Source of the DNA: Octopus vulgaris
Lineage: Eukaryota
Direction: 5' to 3'
Length of the DNA: 64,000 nt
Assembly: GCA_951406725.2 (NCBI GenBank)
Contig: OX597832.1
Location: 49,476,001-49,540,000 of the forward strand
Position 1 is the first letter of the stretch; every line of letters begins with the position of its first letter. Positions 44,128 through 58,918 of the stretch are shown here, piece by piece. The notes under the pieces were generated by a model that was not told the DNA's origin, searched no databases, and was given only the letters and a program-made list of their open reading frames with translations. Made by a program: the position numbers and the translations under genes.

Positions 44128-44693
44128 TTGGGTTGTACGGAAAGTTCGTGCCGATTCATAGTAGCTTACCTTTCGACTTATTTTAGAACATTATTGAGTT
44201 CATAAAATAGGACTTGACTACACCTCCAATTAGAGCACAGTTTAAGCTATCTTTTCGTGGAAGAAAATTTATGTTCCTATAACCTGTGTTAATTCTGTAA
44301 CCCTCTAAAATGGAAGATAAGAAAGTTCATTTTCGGCACTTTATGCTTTGGGAACAAGACAAAAATTGCTGCAGCTCGGCTGGGATGTGTTACCCCACCC
44401 TCCATATTCACCAGATGTTGCTCCTTCGGATTTCCACTTATTCAGGTTTCTGCAGAATAGTCTTAATGGTAAAAATTTCAATTCCTTGGATGACGTAAAA
44501 AGATACCTTGATGAATTCTTTGCCATGAAACCACCTCAGTTCTGGGAAGAGGGTATTTTCAAGTTAAAGGAAAGATGGAGACGCATTGTGCAACAAAATG
44601 GTTCATATTTGGTTCATTAAAAATGTAATGGCAAGTATTTATTGACCTTTTTCTTTCCTTTAGTAATCTGCATGAACTTTCCGGACAACCCAG
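44128..44693 (+). mobile_element. internally deleted mariner element
   Basis: TA-flanked TIRs (TTGGGTTGTACGGAAAGTTCGTGC / GCATGAACTTTCCGGACAACCCAG). The N-terminus MEDKKVHFRH abuts the C-terminal LPHPPYSPDVAPSDFHLF segment. Confidence 0.95.
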
Positions 44694-44705
44694 TATATAT
44701 ATATA

Positions 44706-44769
<64 letters not shown>

Positions 44770-44772
<3 letters not shown>

Positions 44773-44968
44773 GCCATGATAGATCGTTAGCCAAAACACA
44801 CATTTTTGTCTCTCCTTTTTTTCTCTCCTTGTTTTTTCTGTGTCCCTTTCTGTAGAAGAGCGTAGGCTCGAAACGTAAAAGACTTTTTCTATTCCTGAGC
44901 GTTATACTAATACATCTGTTTGTTTTGTACACCACCTGTCTTCGTCTTTTGTTTTTTTCGTAAACTCT

Positions 44969-44972
<4 letters not shown>
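44770..44972 (+). mobile_element. short PLE-like element with CTGTAGA HHR-like motif (44846-44881)
   Basis: Copy of 13935-14133, flanked by (TA)n. Confidence 0.75.
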
Positions 44973-45048
<76 letters not shown>

Positions 45049-45579
45049 ATTTAGGAATGGTCATTTTGCCAGTTTAGCCAATATAGTAATGATATATATA
45101 CGACTACCACCGGTGGTGGTGGTGTTGTGGTGGTAATAATAACGACACTGACAATGACGATGATGGGGAGGAGCAAGAGGAGTAAGAAGAGGATGGTGAT
45201 GGTGACAATGATGATGACGATGACAGTGACTATAAAGACAATGATGATAATAAAGATGGTGGGGTGGTGCAGGTAATGAGATTGAAAAAACAAATGAAAG
45301 ACAACATATGTGTGTGCATCTGCATATATGATACGTATATATACTTATATGCTTATATATATATAAGATACTATTCTACTTTCTATGCTCTACGTTATAT
45401 ATCTTAATAATTACTGGCATTTTTATATTTTATATATTATATATGTAAAGCATAATATGTTATACACGTATGTATATTGTTATAAATGTCTAAAAGTTCA
45501 TGAAGACCACCTCTTGATCCCCTCCATTTTCTTCTTGCCGTATATGTGTATATATATATGTGTGTGTGTGTGTGTGTAC

Positions 45580-45638
<59 letters not shown>

Positions 45639-45723
45639 AATATACATATACATATATATATATATTTACATATAGATATATATTTATAAGTATGTATATA
45701 TATACACACATACATACATATAC

Positions 45724-45754
<31 letters not shown>

Positions 45755-45982
45755 TGCATGTATGTATGTATGTATGTGTACATTTATGTATGTATGTATG
45801 TATGTATGTATGCATGTATGTATGTATGCATGTATGTATGTATGCATGTATGTATGTATGTATGCATGTATGTATGTACATACACGTGGCAACGAGAAAG
45901 TTAATGCAAGCTGCCATAGTTGAAAACAAATTAAGCGCAAGAAACGCCAGGTATTTCTGAAGCCGACTTTCGAAACAAAAGG

Positions 45983-46025
<43 letters not shown>

Positions 46026-46674
46026 ATTTGCAAATGCAAGAACCGACCGACCAACAAACCAACCAGCCAGCCAGCCAGCCAACCAGCTAAACCACAAGTG
46101 AGTAATTGTCGTTTTTATTGTTGTTGTAAGTTGGTGTTGTTTTGTGTTTTGTTGTATGCTTTCTTAAGGTAAATTTTATTGTTGTATCTGTTGTTGTTGT
46201 TGTTGTTGTTGTCTTTCGTTTTTGTTTTCGTGATGGTTTTGTGGTGTGTTTTGTTTAGTTTTTTTTTTTTTTTTTATTGGGTATTTTCTTTTTTCGTTTT
46301 GTTTTGTTTTGTTTTGTTTTTGTGTTTGTGTTGTTTTAATTGTATTTTCCTCGTAAACGACTTTTCGCTTGGGTTCCCCTTGATCTGTCAACTGTAAGCG
46401 AAAGAAATGTGGAATTATAGCAATGCCTGGTGTTTAATGAATTATTTCACACGAAACAGAGTGCCAGCAGCACGACTCTCTCTCTCTCTCTCTCTCTATC
46501 TATCAATCTCTATCTCTTTCTCTCTCTCTCTCTCCTTCTCTCTCTCTCCTTCTCTCTCCCTTTCTTGCTCCCACTCTCTCTCTCTATGCGTATATATGTA
46601 CGTATTTATGTATGTCTATGCGTGTGCGTATACATATGTATATATTTGCGTGTATGTATATATATATATGTATG

Positions 46675-46725
<51 letters not shown>

Positions 46726-46743
46726 GTATGTATATATATATAC

Positions 46744-46797
<54 letters not shown>

Positions 46798-46814
46798 GTA
46801 TGTATGAATGTATA

Positions 46815-46860
<46 letters not shown>

Positions 46861-46884
46861 TCTTGTATTGTCTCTGACGCTACT

Positions 46885-46916
<32 letters not shown>

Positions 46917-47408
46917 TCTCCCGTTTCTTTCTCGCGACAAATATATATATATAGAAAGGATAATAAGTAAGTCAATGTTACATAACGAACATAAAGACAA
47001 GAAGAGAACCGAAAATGGCAGAGTCGTTCACTTTTAGCATCATTTAACTGTTACGCTATATTTAACCCAGACACGTGAGAGTGATTAAAGCTAAGCGAGA
47101 TACTAGTTAAGAACACCTTTAAGTCGAATATTTGCTTTGCTGGTAGGATATCTAAAAAAACTAACCATTCAGCCACACTTTTGTTGGTAACACCAGTAGG
47201 GAAACGGTTTTGTTGCAGTTGTTGTTGATAACGTTGTTGTTGTTGTTGTTGTTGTTGTTGATGTGTTTTTTTTTTCACCTGCATTATACGATTCTTAGTT
47301 CGGTGTCTTTAGTGTGGAGAGACCATGCTGTTTAGTGCAATATTTGCGGAATAGCAGTTTATTTGAGAAGAAATACGGTCTCGGTATGAATCTAGCCAAC
47401 TTGAAACT

Positions 47409-48175
47409 AAATAAGTAACTTGGTTGTTTAACACAAAAACACATAGTGTTGTGGGGGTAAGTTTCTGTTTTGTAATCAAAACTTTGGAATATAAAACCAG
47501 AGTATAAGGTTTAGAAGGCATCAAGAATAACGTAGAGGCTGCTGAGGAAGTATCTAGGTAGCTGTGGCTGAAAAGCAGTGATCGGTGGAGTCAATCACCT
47601 GGAGGTGAGTCTATGTTGTAGGGCCTGAAACACCCACTAAACCCGGGGTACGATACTGACGATGGGTCCATATAACGCATAAGTAGATGTCTGTTGAACT
47701 GAAATATTAATATTTTTATATTGGTTCAAGACGGCAAATTTTGGAGTTTAGAATACAATCGAATTAGTTTAAATAAATAACTTGGTTGTTTAACACAAAA
47801 ACACATAGTGTTGTTGGGGTAAGTTTCTGTTTTGTAATCAAAACTTTGGAATATAAAACCAGAGTATAAGGTTTAGAAGCCATCAAGAATAACGTAGAGG
47901 CTGCTGAGGAAGTATCTAGGTAGCTGTGGCTGAAAAGCAGTGATCGGTGGAGTCAATAGTACGCTGCTTAGATATAAACCTAAGCTTAATCAACCTTAAC
48001 CGAATCTCCTGGAGGTGAGTCAGTGTTGTAAGACCTGAAACACCCACAAACCCGGGATACATTACTGACGATGGGTTCATTTCACGCATAAGTAGATGTC
48101 TGTTGAACTGAAATATTAATATTTTTATATTGGTTCAAGACGGCAAATTTTGGAGTTTAGAATACAATCGAATTG
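47409..48175. repeat. tandem duplication of a ~360-bp unit (second unit has a ~47-bp extra segment)
   Basis: 47409-47765 versus 47771-48175 are near identical. Confidence 0.9.
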
Positions 48176-49223
48176 GTGGTGATTGTGGTGTTCATTCAGT
48201 TTTATGGAATTGAGCTAAGCAGACGTACTAAATGGAGATAATGTAGAATTCTCTTTCGGTGTCTGTGAACCATTCCAGATCATTGACCTTAACCCGGTTT
48301 GCCTATTATTGAATTCCTCTTGTTTGAAGGATTCATCTTTTACTTGTTTCAGTCATTAGACTGCGGCCATGCTGGGGCACCGCCTTGGGGTATTTTTAGT
48401 CGAAATGATGAAAATCAAAGTCGATCTCGTCGGAATTTGAACTCAGAACCTGAAGACAGATGAAATGCTACTAAGCATTTTGCCCGTCGCGGTAACGATT
48501 CTGCAAGCCTGCCGCCTTGATCAGTCAGTTACATGTACGATCAGTGCTCAGTCTATGTACAGCCAGACGCAAACAGAACTGTGCTATTACAGCTGAAAAT
48601 GTTAGCTGAACTGTAAGTTTCTTTGTTACAGGCTAAACCTGAAAAATGCATTACTTTAGAGAATTCCAGCTATGTCTTTCTCTCTGTTTATGAACGTTTG
48701 TTAATGTGGTTAATGTGTGTGTACGTGTATATGTATGGCTATACATTTCTGTGTCTATGTATGCATGCGAATGTATGTATACATGCCTGTCTCTGTACAT
48801 ACGTTTGTGTGTGTGTGCGTGTGTATTTATGCGTTTATGTTCAGAGAACAATAATCCAGGAGCTTACCTCTTAATCTACAACTCTCACTCCTCTTCTAAA
48901 GATATTGTTCCTTTATTCGTTTAGTGATCTGTATAATGCCTTGCTATTCCTGTGGTTCTATTTCTCTGTCGTTAATCACATATTCCGGGTAGTTTTATTG
49001 CTGAAAAAAAAACAATCCCAAGCGTTCGAAATTTATTGTTTGCGCAGCAATTTCTATAAAGGAATACAAGAATGGCGAATTGTCAACAGCTTGCGGAATA
49101 CTGGACTAAATATTGTGCTTCTTTATACGGTTACGATCCTCTACGTTTTGAGTTCGAATATCACAAAAGATGATGATTATTATTACTGTTATTATTACTG
49201 TTATTATTAGTATTATTTCGTGT

Positions 49224-50805
49224 AAGGCAGCGAGAATCGTTGGCACGCCGGAAAAACTGCTTAGCGATATTTCGTCCGTCGCTACGTTCTGGTTTCAAAT
49301 TCCGCCGAGGTCGACTTTGCCTTTCATCCTTTCGGGGTCGATTAAATAAGTACCAGTTACACACTGGGGTCGATATAATCGACTTAATCCCTTTGTCTGT
49401 CCTTGTTTGTCCTCTCGGTGTTTAGCCCCTTGTGGGTAGTGAAGAAATAGGTATTTCGTCTGCTGTTACGTTCTGAGTTCAAATTCCGCCGAGGTCGACT
49501 TTGCCTTTCATCCTTTCGGAGTCAATTAAATAAGTACCAGTTACGCACTGGGATCGATATAATCGACTTAATCCGTTTGTCTGTCCTTGTTTGTCCCCTC
49601 TGTGTTTAGCCCCTTGTGGGTAATAAAGAAACAGATATTTCGTCCGTCGCTACGTTCTGGTTTCAAATTGCGCCGAAATCGACTTTGCCTTTCATCCTTT
49701 CAGCGTCAATAAATTAAGTACCAGTCAAGTACTGGGGTCGATGTCATCGATTTACCCACTCACTCAAAATTTCAGGCGTTGTGCCTTTAGTAAAAAGGAT
49801 TATCATTAACATTATTTCGTGTAAGGCAGCAAGCTGGCAGAATCGTTGGGACACTGGATAAACTTCTTGGTGGCATTCCGTCCGTCTTTGCGTTCTGGTT
49901 CCAAATTTCACCGAGTTTGACTTTGACTTTCACCCTTTCGGTGCCGATGAAATAAATACCACTTACGCACTGGAGTCGATGGAGTCAAGTCGATTACTTC
50001 GACCCAAGAACTGCTGGTATTTATTTTATCGACTCCAGAAGGCAAAAAAAAGGCAGAGTCGACCTCGGTACCATTTGAACTCAGAACGTATAGAGCTAGA
50101 AATGCCGCTATGTCTTACTCGAATACGATTCTTTCAGCTCACTGCCTTATTCAAATTTTGGCACAAGGCCAGCAATTTTAGGGTTGGGTGTTAGTCGATT
50201 ACAACGATTCGCAATGATCAGCTGATACTTACTTTATCGACCCCAAAAGGATGAAAAGCAAAGTCGACCTCAGCGGAATTTGAACTCAAAAGTGGATAAG
50301 CCGATTGCATCGACCACAGCGCTCCACATGTGGTACTTTATTTTATCGATCCCGCAAGGCTAAAAGGCAAAGTCGACCTCAGCAGAATTTGAACTCAAAA
50401 GTGGATAAGCCGATTACATCGACCACAGCGCTCCACAAGTGGTACTTTATTTTATCGATCCCGAAAGGCTAAAAGGCAAAGTCGACCTCAGCGGAATTTG
50501 AACTCAAAAGTGGATAAGCCGATTACATCGACCACAGCACTCCACATGTGGTACTTTATTTTATCGACTCCGAAAGGCTAAAAGGGCAAAGTCGAACTCA
50601 GCGGAATTTTAACCCAGAAGGGGGTAAGTCGATTCCACCGACCCTCCCAGTGCCCAACAACTGGTACTTCACTTTATCGACCCCCCAAAAGGATAAAAGC
50701 TAAAGTCGACCCCGGCGTAATTTGAACTCAGAATGCAAAGACCCGGTGGGCCTGATGCTAAGCGCTTTGAACGACGCGCTAACGATTCTGTCAGCGCGTC
50801 GCCTT
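49224..50805. mobile_element. SINE family B cluster: + trimer, further copies, and a - array of five ~110-bp core units
   Basis: Repeated GGTCGACTTTGCCTTT core; array units start near 50236, 50345, 50455, 50563 and 50676. Confidence 0.88.
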
Positions 50806-51439
50806 TTGTTAACACAAATTAAACAAAGCCAGAACTCCTTGTTGTAGCACCGTTCGTAAAAGTCTTTGATGTCACACAATCACTATTTTTTTTTTGCCTC
50901 AACATTAGATTAATGGCTTTGGCTCCCTAATTAAACCGAGGAATCTTTTCTTGCTGCCGACAGCTTACTCGGGGCGTCTCAATAACGTACCAACCGTGAT
51001 GTTTTGAAATAATGAATTAGTTTGTAAAACAGTTAATTAAGTTTAGGAATGAAAAGCACATCTTTATTACACAATAACATTTTTTAGCTCCTGAAATGAA
51101 ATAAATAGGAACTGTGCCACAATTATATTCTAAAAGGTATCACGTATCAAGCCTCTTCTTTCTATCCTTTCAAAACACTAAGGGTGGTCTTAACGACATA
51201 ACATAAAAGCAACGACGCCATACTTTCATTTTTTTTTTTTTTCGTATAAGAGGGAACACGTATTGTTTCAATGGATTCCAGAATTTTTTTTGTTTCTGCC
51301 ATTATCTCACTTCCTTCTCACTTTCTCTCTCTTTCTCTCTCTCTCTCTCTCCTTACCTCTTTCTCACTCACTCTTTCACACGCTCACTCTATCTGTCTAT
51401 CTGTCTATCTATCTATCTCTGAATATCTTTTATCTTTCA

Positions 51440-52025
51440 TTTGTTTCATCCATTTGACTACGGCCATGCTGGAGCACCACCTTAAAACAGTTTCTTAGTC
51501 GAATGAATCGACCCCAGTACTTATTAAATTTTTTTAAAGCCTCCTACTCATTCTGTCGGTCTCTTTGGCCGAACTGCTAAGTTGCGGGGACGTAAAAACA
51601 AACCAACACCGGTGGTCAAGCAATAATGGGACACACACATACATACTCTTTTACTTGCTTCAGTCCTTTGACTGCGGCCATGCTGGAGCACCACCTTTAG
51701 TCGAGCAAATCGACCCAGGGACTTATTCTTTGTAAGCCTAGTACTTATTCTATCGGTCTCTTTTGCCGAACCGCTAAGTTACGGGGACGTAAACACGCCA
51801 GCATCGGTTGTCAAGCGATGGTGGGGAGACATACACAGACACACAAACATATACACACACATACATACATGCACATATATACATATATACGACGGGCTTC
51901 TTTCAGTTTCCGTCTACCAAATCCACTCACAAGGCTTTGGTCGGCCCGAGGCTATGGTAGAAAACTGAACCCGGAATCATGTGGTTGGTAAGCAAGCTAC
52001 TTACCACACAGTCACTCCGACGCCT
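51440..52025 (-). mobile_element. two adjacent SINE family A copies
   Basis: Tail half 51440-51640 and copy 51645-52025. Confidence 0.88.
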
Positions 52026-52554
52026 ACAGACATATATGCCATGATTATGGTGGACGTCTGTATACAATAGGGTTAACGTGACATGCAGTTTTCCCCTACA
52101 GGAAGAACTTAAACAGAGCTCTCATTGTTTACGATGATTGAATAAATAGGAGATTCTAAATTCGTTGTTCCGCTTTTAGTCTCTTAACTTCACTGAAGAG
52201 AACGAATTGCCAACTATTTACTAGCTTCCGGTAATTTACGTTAATTCAAACATCGCTGTTACATGCACATTACAACGTAAATGAGGAGAACTGAAATATA
52301 TTTGAATATTACAATGCCCCAACTGAAGGTCAAATAAAGTGGAGGGGTTTCTTGGTGGACCGTTTTATCGTTTGTTCTCCCTCTCCTCAGAGAAGACATG
52401 CCCGGATTCATAAATAGATATTATTAATTTAATTATGAGCTGGGAAAAGCGCAAAGATACAAATTAAGCTATCCGCAGTGGTACTAGCTTAATTTGTGAC
52501 TGCTTTGTAATAGCAGTTGACCTATGGTATTCACTGGAGAAGAAAATCGAGCAT

Positions 52555-52603
52555 GTCTTCTCTGAAGAACGACTGACAAACTGTGAAACGGCTGTCAGGA
52601 GAC
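52555..52603 (+). ncRNA. type I hammerhead motif (C3:G8), GUC site
   Basis: gtcttct CTGAAGA acg..tgt GAAAC GGCT GTC aggagac. Stem I has 7 bp; stem II is weak. Confidence 0.6.
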
Positions 52604-52811
52604 TCTGCACATAAGCGATATTAAAAAAATATGTTTATATTATAATTTAACTCATAGTGAGGCTATATAATGGTACATGGATGTAATAAGAATAAATAAT
52701 AGGAGTATACGAGCATTGTACATACACACACACGCACACATACACACAATACACACACACATATATATATCATATATGTTGTATATATACATACATATAG
52801 AAAAATACGCA

Positions 52812-52908
<97 letters not shown>

Positions 52909-52938
52909 TTATATTTATATATATATATATATGCATGC

Positions 52939-53020
<82 letters not shown>

Positions 53021-53057
53021 GTATATATTTATATTATATATATATATATATGCATGC

Positions 53058-53127
<70 letters not shown>

Positions 53128-53128
53128 G

Positions 53129-53294
53129 TAGGCTGTGTGGTAAGTAGTTTGCTTACCAACCACATGGTTCTGGGTTCATTCCCACTACGTGGCACCTTGG
53201 GCGAGTGTCTTCTACTATAGCATCGGGCCAACCAAAGCCTTGTGAGCGGAGTTGGTAGACGGAAACTGAAAGAATCCCGTCGTATATATGTATG

Positions 53295-53354
<60 letters not shown>

Positions 53355-53520
53355 CAACATCGCTTGACAACCGATGGTGGTTCGGCATAAGAGACCGATA
53401 GAATAAGTACTAGGCTTACAAATAAGAAGTCCTGGGGTCAATTTGCTCGACTAAAGGCGGTGCTCCAGCATGGCCGCAGTCAAACGACTGAAACAAGTAA
53501 AAGAGTAAAAGAGTAAAGAG
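53129..53520 (+). mobile_element. SINE family A
   Basis: Match to the consensus. Confidence 0.9.
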
Positions 53521-54205
53521 TATGTGTGAGTCTGTGTATATATATGTATATGTGTGTGGGATGCTCGTATATAAATATATATATATATATATCATGTAGG
53601 TAAAATACAAGAGAACTACACATAGCGCACTTGTCTTAAATGCATGTACATCCACCCCACTCCTTAAACGCTCTTCCATATTTGGCACTAAGTTTTATAT
53701 TTTATTAATCCACTCATTTCTTGCGGCTAATGTTAATTACACTGGCACTCGCAAACAAACAACACGGTAAAACCTTGCCAAGTTCCATCTTTATGTTATT
53801 CTCCTCACGGAATATACGCTCACGATATTTGGTGGTGGTGGTGGTGGTTGGCTGCTTGTTTGTTTACTTGCTCGTATCTTTGTTACTGAAATTCATTTTA
53901 TTTTAATTTTTTAAAAGATCCTTCAAAACTATTGAGATATTATTTTCGTATTCTTTAACAGAAAACAACTTATTTTTTTTTTAATTTTATTTTAAGTTTT
54001 TTTGTAGTAAATTCCAAGATATTTAATTATGTAATGTTTCTTCAGGCGCAGAAGAATGGTTAAGAAGCTCGCTTTAGTAACCACGTTGTTTCAGGTTCAA
54101 TCCTACGGCACGGCGCTTTGGATAAGTGTCTTCAACTACAGTCCCAGACCTACCAATGCCTTATGAGTAATTTGGTAATCGGAAAATGTGTGGAAGCCTG
54201 TCATT

Positions 54206-54276
<71 letters not shown>

Positions 54277-54773
54277 GTGCGTGTGTGTTTGTGTGTATAA
54301 AAAAACTAACTTGGAAAAGGATGCGTGGCGTTCGATCATATAATAATATAAATAATATATAAAGATATGCATATATTCATACGTATATGTACATACCTAC
54401 ATATATATGTATATATACATGCATATATGGGTACAGGAGACATAAAAAAGGTTAAACACAATAAGAAACGAAAATATAAAAACAAAAACATAGAAACGAA
54501 CTTTTTTTCGAACAAGGAAAAAGACAAACAGAGAAACAAGACGTGCAGCATAAAGAATATTCCCCTTCTTCAGTTGTCCCTGTTTCAACTACTCCGCGTT
54601 TCGAAAGCAAGAGAGAGAGAGAGGGGGGGAGAGGGAGAGTTGAGAAAAGATTAGAGATCTATACAAATCAAATTTTTATATATAAAAGGTGGAAATAGAA
54701 CAGACGTAAGTCTAAGACATTTGAATTTAAGAGGGAATTTAATAGAAATGATTTTATAAATTATATAAAGTAA

Positions 54774-54811
54774 ATATTACCGGTTTCGATGTATATCATC
54801 TTATCAAATAT
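54774..54811 (-). ncRNA. minimal type I hammerhead motif, U3:A8 covariant
   Basis: Minus strand: atat TTGATAA GATG atata CATC GAAAC CG GTA atat. Confidence 0.6.
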
Positions 54812-55434
54812 CCGTAAGTATTTATAAGAATTTGAAGTAAAAACAGTTTATCTCCACACATGTGGAGACACTCAAAAGAATACATATAGCCCAAAGAAAA
54901 ATTCTAATTCGTTCTTCAACGAGGCATCATTCACAACATACACACCCCTCAACTTACAGCTGGTCACTTTTCAAACATATTGAAAGGACATTCAACACAA
55001 TGAACACACATACACACTTGCTCACACACAAGTGGACATAAAACCCATTCAGTAAATGCTTTTTAGCCATTCCCTTGGCAGGAACACACAAAGATTTCTT
55101 TTAGACAATAAACACCCCTTCTCTCACTCCCGAGAGGATGAAAGGCAAAGTCGACCTCGGCGGAATTTGAACTCAGAACGTAACGGCAGACGAAATATGG
55201 TTACGCATTTCTCCCGGCATGCTAACGATTCTGCCAGCTCGCTGCCTTCCTATAATAAATAATAATTTATTTAATCCATGACTGCATGTTATTTCTTTAT
55301 TTATTCCATGACTGCATGTGTATTTCTGTGTGCATAACCTTGGTGCTAAAACATGATAGATTGTTTTCTTTTTCTTTTTCTTTGATTAAGCTCCTCTGGC
55401 TTCGAAGGGTGTGTAAAGAGTTTTTTTATTTATT

Positions 55435-55741
55435 TATGCGCCCTTTTCAAGCCTATCCAGGCTCATGGGCCCGATTTCCCGGTTTCTATGGCGTATGTGT
55501 TCCCCTCAGGTAGACGGGACGCCAGTCCATCGTAGCATTACTCAAGAAACAGGAAGAAAGAGTGAGAGAAAGTTGGGGCGAAAGAGTACAACAGTAGTTT
55601 CCACCACCCCTGTCGGAGCCTCGTGGAGCTTTTAGGTGTTTTCGCTCAATAAACACACACAACACCCGGTCTGGGAATCGAAACCGCGATCCTCCGACCG
55701 TGAGTCCGCTACCCTAACCACTGGGTCATTGCACCTCCACG
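55435..55741 (-). mobile_element. SINE family C
   Basis: Same head; tail related to the 27081 copy. Confidence 0.88.
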
Positions 55742-56783
55742 TGAAAAGAGTTAGAGACACGCATACCTTTTCCCAGTCCTTTTGCGTTTTAAATGAAGTC
55801 GAATAAACTTTGATCGGTTACAGTCCCGTATAGAAACCTAATCCAGGACTTCGTCCACTGCACCACGGTTACAAATTACAATTACCAAGCGACAATTACC
55901 TGTCTTCGAACATAGTGTGCAACAATAACTAGAGACAGAGACACAGACAGACAGACAGACAGACAGAAAGAGACAGAGACACAGAGAGAGACAGACAGAC
56001 AGAAAGAGACAGAGACAGAGATACAGACAGAGAGAGAAATCGTGTAAGAATCAGATGAATGTCATCAGATCCGAAAGCCTTGAATATCTTTTAAAATGGC
56101 CGCCCAAGTAATCCAACACGTTCCTTGTATATTTTTCAGTTCAGTTGGAGGCACTTGAAGAATATACATGCATTCATAGAAATATCAGAGTGCTATCAAA
56201 CCTGTATTATTCTACTACATGTCAATGAACACTTAAAACGCTGCTCATAGCATTCATTCTATACAGTCACAATTGTATTCGTGAGTATTCAAAATAAACT
56301 CGGTGTCATTATCGTCTTCCTTCCTTGGTTTTTATTCATTCCCTCCTCATCTCTCTTACCCTGTTTATCTATCTTACTATATCTCTCTCACCACTCTCTC
56401 TCACTTTCTCACTCTCTCACTCTCTCTCTCTCCTCTCTTTCTTTCTCACTCTGTCCTGCCTTTCGCTCGAATTCTGAATCATAGTCTGCGTGCGTGTGCG
56501 TGCTTCTGTTTGTATGATTCAGTGAAAGTGAATCTCAACAGGCATACACACACACACACACATCGATTGACATAAATTTATAAATAGATATATGCACATT
56601 AGATACGTATGTATATGTATGTATGCATATGTATGTATGTGTGTGTGTATGTGTGTGTATTATAAACGTATTTTCATGAAATATGAATCTGTTGTGTACA
56701 TCGGTATGATTAATCGAGATAAATACCTATACACCAACCACTATATTTACGTACGTATATACGCATGTATGTATGTGTGAATG

Positions 56784-56840
<57 letters not shown>

Positions 56841-56841
56841 T

Positions 56842-56920
<79 letters not shown>

Positions 56921-56995
56921 AAACATGAACAAGCAAGGAAAAACAACAACGCGAGTACAGTGTTATTGGACGCTCAGGAAAGAAAAGAAAGGAGG

Positions 56996-57030
56996 ATTTA
57001 ACGTTTCGAACGGAGCTCTTCATCAGAAAT
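56996..57030 (-). ncRNA. minimal type I hammerhead motif (C3:G8) in PLE-like fragment 56918-57058
   Basis: Minus strand: attt CTGATGA A GAGC tcc GTTC GAAAC GTT aaat. Confidence 0.6.
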
Positions 57031-57111
57031 ATAGAAAAAAGTCCAAAGAAGGGAAGACTATATATATATATGTATGCATGTATGTATGTATGTATGTATA
57101 TATATATATAC

Positions 57112-57176
<65 letters not shown>

Positions 57177-57353
57177 TATATACATATATATATATACATA
57201 TATATATACATATATATATATGCATGTATGTATGTATGCATGTATGTATGTATATATATATATACGAGTGTGGGTGCCTGTGTGTGTGAGAGACCTATAA
57301 ATACAGTGACAAAAACACTCGTACATCAACATATATATAGATATATATATCAT

Positions 57354-57399
<46 letters not shown>

Positions 57400-57412
57400 A
57401 TGTACGTTTATA

Positions 57413-57465
<53 letters not shown>

Positions 57466-58810
57466 ACACACATACATACATACATAAACAATACTACATC
57501 AAAAGTTATGTGGTGTGTGTGTATATATCTTTTGTGTGTCACCGCTATGTAAATCAACACTCGTCTTTGCCTCACTCTCTCCTCCTTTCTGTTTCTCTCT
57601 CTCTTGCTCTCACTCTCTCTCTCTCTCTTGCTCTCTCTCTCTCTCTCTCTCTCTCTTCCCTTATTTTACTCTCTGTCTCCTCTCCCTCACCTCACTATGG
57701 ACTTCAGGGGCAGCTGCTAACTTTTGTCAAGATGTTCCACAGTGACAGGTCTTACCGATTCTTAACGCATGAACCGAATGCCACAAATGCATACACGTTC
57801 TCCGTTTCATTAGTCGCATGTTTCTGCGTTGGTATTGGTGGCGTGTGTATGCATAGCATTCTACGACAACACATGTGTATGTGTGTATGTGTGTGTGTTT
57901 GTGAGTATGTAAGTGTGAGCGGGCACGTGTGAATATACATACACACAGACATATATATATTGATATATATATATATAAAAGCGCACGTGTGTACACGTGT
58001 GTATGCATAAGCATAGTATCTTCTATTATTACCCAAGCGGGCCAATATTTTCTGTTGGCTGGAAATTTCTCCTATATATATATGTGTGTGTGTGTGTATG
58101 TGTGTGTCTGTGTGTGTGTGTGCGTGTGTGTGTGTGTGTGTGTGCGTGTATATATAGAGAGAAGGTCAGGGTTTTCATTCTTACGGGGTCGATAAATTAA
58201 GTACCAGTCGAACACGGGAGTCGATGTAATCGACTCTTCCCCTCCCCCAAAATGGCTGCTCTTGTCACAAATTTTGAAACCATTATCTTTATTAATATTT
58301 AGCAGAAGTAACAAAGTGATTCAAGGTCCGAGAGTCCCGTGCTTGTAATAAAAATATACATATACTCATGTTTTGAGTTCTATTTTTTCATGTTTGCACC
58401 AACATAAGTGTTTGTTTTTTTTCTATATTGATGAATAAACCGATTTCATCATGGAAAACGGTTTTGTTCGAGAGAATAAAGAACTTAAGATTAAAATTTG
58501 GGTCAGTAAGTGTTTGGGCAAAAGAGACCGATAAAATAAGTGACAGGTTTTTAGAAAAAAAAGTCTTGGTGTCGATTTGTTCGACTAAAATCCTTCAAGG
58601 TGGTGCCCCAGCATGGTCGCAGTCAAATGACTGAAACAAGCAAGAAAATAAAAGAATATTATATGTGTGTGCATGTATATATGCAAATATACGTTTGTGG
58701 GTGGTGGAGACAGAGAGAGAGAGAGTGGGGGGTGTTTATATTCTCACAAAATCCTACAGTGTACAATTCAATTCGTCTAAAACGAAGTATAGCTCGGTGA
58801 AAATACTATA

Positions 58811-58852
<42 letters not shown>

Positions 58853-58855
58853 CTG

Positions 58856-58918
<63 letters not shown>

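Noticed and set aside
50225-50740. Regular repeats suggestive of a CRISPR array
   Set aside because: Whole units repeat without unique spacers, they derive from a SINE, and the context is eukaryotic with no cas genes.
56140-56280. Exon-like segment with ttttcag acceptor and gtgagt donor
   Set aside because: There are stops in all three frames and no other support.
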